Shown in pieces: positions 62,575 to 64,000 of a stretch of DNA of 64,000 nucleotides. Numbering within the stretch: position 1 is the stretch's first letter; every line of letters begins with the position of its first letter. The stretch spans positions 3,072,001-3,136,000 of the forward strand of contig CBDBZU010000004.1 of the NCBI GenBank assembly GCA_965213625.1, written 5' to 3'. Under the pieces are notes generated by a model, which had not been told where the DNA came from, ran no database searches, and was given only the letters and a program-made list of their open reading frames with translations. The position numbers and the translations under genes are program-made. The stretch comes from a bacterium (GTDB taxonomy: Bacteria > UBA8248).

Positions 62575-63857
62575 ACATGCCCCTCCTGCTACTCGGCTCC
62601 CTGGCTGTTTTCCTCTTCATACGCGTGCCTGTGGGCGTCTCACTGGGTCTGGCCTCCATCCTCGTCTACTACGCCACCGGCGAACACTTCGAGAGCCTTG
62701 CGCTCTCCTACTACGACGGGCTGGACAAGTTCCCTTTCATCGCCGTGCCCATGTTCCTGCTCGCGGGCGCGCTCATGGAAAAAGGCGGCATCAGCAGACG
62801 CCTCATCTCGGTGGCGGATTGCTTCGTGGGCAACGTGCAGGGCGGCCTCGCCCACGTCACCATACTCGCGTGCATGCTTTTCTCGGCGATTTCAGGCTCA
62901 GGTCCCGCCACGACGGCCGCCGTCGGCGGACTCATGATCCCCACCATGCTCAGGCGCCAGTACGACAGGAACTACTCGGGCGCGGTCTCCGCCTGCGGTG
63001 GGACGCTCGGCATCCTCATCCCGCCGAGCATTACCCTCATCGTCTACGGTGTCAGCGCCGATCAGTCCGTCACGCGGCTGTTCATCGCGGGCTTTCTGCC
63101 CGGCATCCTGCTCGGCTGCATGCTGATGTGCTGCGCCACGATAATGGCGCGCTTCATGACGGTGGAATCGGATGCGGAACCCTTTTCCGTCGCGCGCACG
63201 CTGCAAACCATCTGGGACTCGCGCTGGGCGCTCCTGGCTCCCGGCGTCATCATCGGCGGTATCTACGGCGGTTTCGTCACGCCGACGGAGAGCGCCGTTA
63301 TCGCCGTGCTCTACGGCTGGGCAATCGGCATGTTCGTCTATCGTGAGCTTAACTGGGCCAGGACGCGCGAGTGCCTGGAAATTGCGGCCCTCGTCACCGG
63401 AACCATCGCCATCATATGGGGGGCGTCGCTCGCGTTCGGCGAACTCATCACCATCCACCAGATCCCTCAGTTGGTAACCGCCTTCATCCAGCGCGTGACG
63501 ACTTCGCCGTTCATGATCCTCATGCTCATCAGCCTGTTCCTCACCTTCGTGGGAATGTGGCTGAACACCATGGCGCAGGTCATCATTCTCACGCCGATGT
63601 TCCTGCCCGTCATCCTGGCGGCGGGGATCGACCCCATCCACTTCGGCATCGTTTTCGTGGTGAACTGCGAAATCGGCTACCTCACGCCGCCGCTGGGCAC
63701 GAGCCTGTTCGTGGCGATGGGCATCGCGGATACGACGCTGGGCGCCATTGCCAAGGCGGTCCTGCCATTCATCGCGACGATGTTCCTGTGCATCATCATT
63801 CTCTCGTATTTCCCCATCATCTCCCTCATCCTCCCGAATCTCATGCTCGGCAGATGA
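62571..63857 (+). CDS. dctM: TRAP transporter large permease (DctM)
   Basis: AVPMF.LAG.LM..GG, AISGS..AT, LIPPSI, TPTE, GIDPIHFG, TPP.G. Confidence 0.93.
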   Translation: MNMPLLLLGSLAVFLFIRVPVGVSLGLASILVYYATGEHFESLALSYYDGLDKFPFIAVPMFLLAGALMEKGGISRRLISVADCFVGNVQGGLAHVTILACMLFSAISGSGPATTAAVGGLMIPTMLRRQYDRNYSGAVSACGGTLGILIPPSITLIVYGVSADQSVTRLFIAGFLPGILLGCMLMCCATIMARFMTVESDAEPFSVARTLQTIWDSRWALLAPGVIIGGIYGGFVTPTESAVIAVLYGWAIGMFVYRELNWARTRECLEIAALVTGTIAIIWGASLAFGELITIHQIPQLVTAFIQRVTTSPFMILMLISLFLTFVGMWLNTMAQVIILTPMFLPVILAAGIDPIHFGIVFVVNCEIGYLTPPLGTSLFVAMGIADTTLGAIAKAVLPFIATMFLCIIILSYFPIISLILPNLMLGR

Positions 63858-63882
63858 GGAGCTAACCCAAAGGAGGCAAGAC

Positions 63883-64000
63883 ATGCGACATCTGAAAAAA
63901 GGTTTCACGGTGATGGTGGGCGTCATCCTCATCGCGGGACTCGTCGGCTTCGCCGCCCCCCGGGCCGAGGCCGCCAAGTACGTGATGAAGTTCGCCCACA
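63883..64000 (+). CDS. dctP: TRAP substrate-binding protein (DctP), N-terminus only
   Basis: AGGAGG RBS; signal peptide MRHLKKGFTVMVGVILIAGLVGFAAPRAEAAKYVMKFAH. Confidence 0.75.
   Translation, partial: MRHLKKGFTVMVGVILIAGLVGFAAPRAEAAKYVMKFAH

Noticed and set aside
49744-63977. Long antisense ORFs (e.g. 49744-51015, 52269-53834, 60672-62141, 62898-63977; also 700-1575)
   Set aside because: Shadow frames of GC-rich genes on the opposite strand, with no motifs.

Overview
Bacterial chromosomal window (genetic code 11). The gene content (IspH-UbiA fusion, PxxKW Cys-rich protein, glnB-glnD-glnA, gltX-tRNA-Gln, tungsten-type AOR) suggests a Desulfobacterota/Nitrospinota-like lineage; this is inference only. 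The window has three parts. (i) A GC-rich left flank (1 to ~7.4 kb) of single metabolic genes separated by dense REP/MITE clusters. It contains an AhpD/CMD-family gene whose CxxC motif reads C-E-I-TGA in frame, followed by a SECIS-like hairpin: a candidate selenoprotein that the ORF track splits in two. (ii) A visibly AT-richer, REP-free block (~7.4-39.9 kb) holding the housekeeping genes (lutA/lutBC, glnA, glnD, glnB, ispH, trxA, ftsK, AsmA-like protein, gltX, tRNA-Gln, prx, csp). It is bracketed by two inverted copies of an uncharacterised element sharing an identical 21-bp motif. (iii) A GC-rich right flank with REP clusters, two convergent HEPN-type putative defence genes, an IS1182-family element inserted in the loop of a REP palindrome and nested between MITE-like ends, phoX with a Pho box, several transporters and the start of a TRAP operon. 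GC statements are estimates by eye, and protein assignments come from motif recognition, not database searches.
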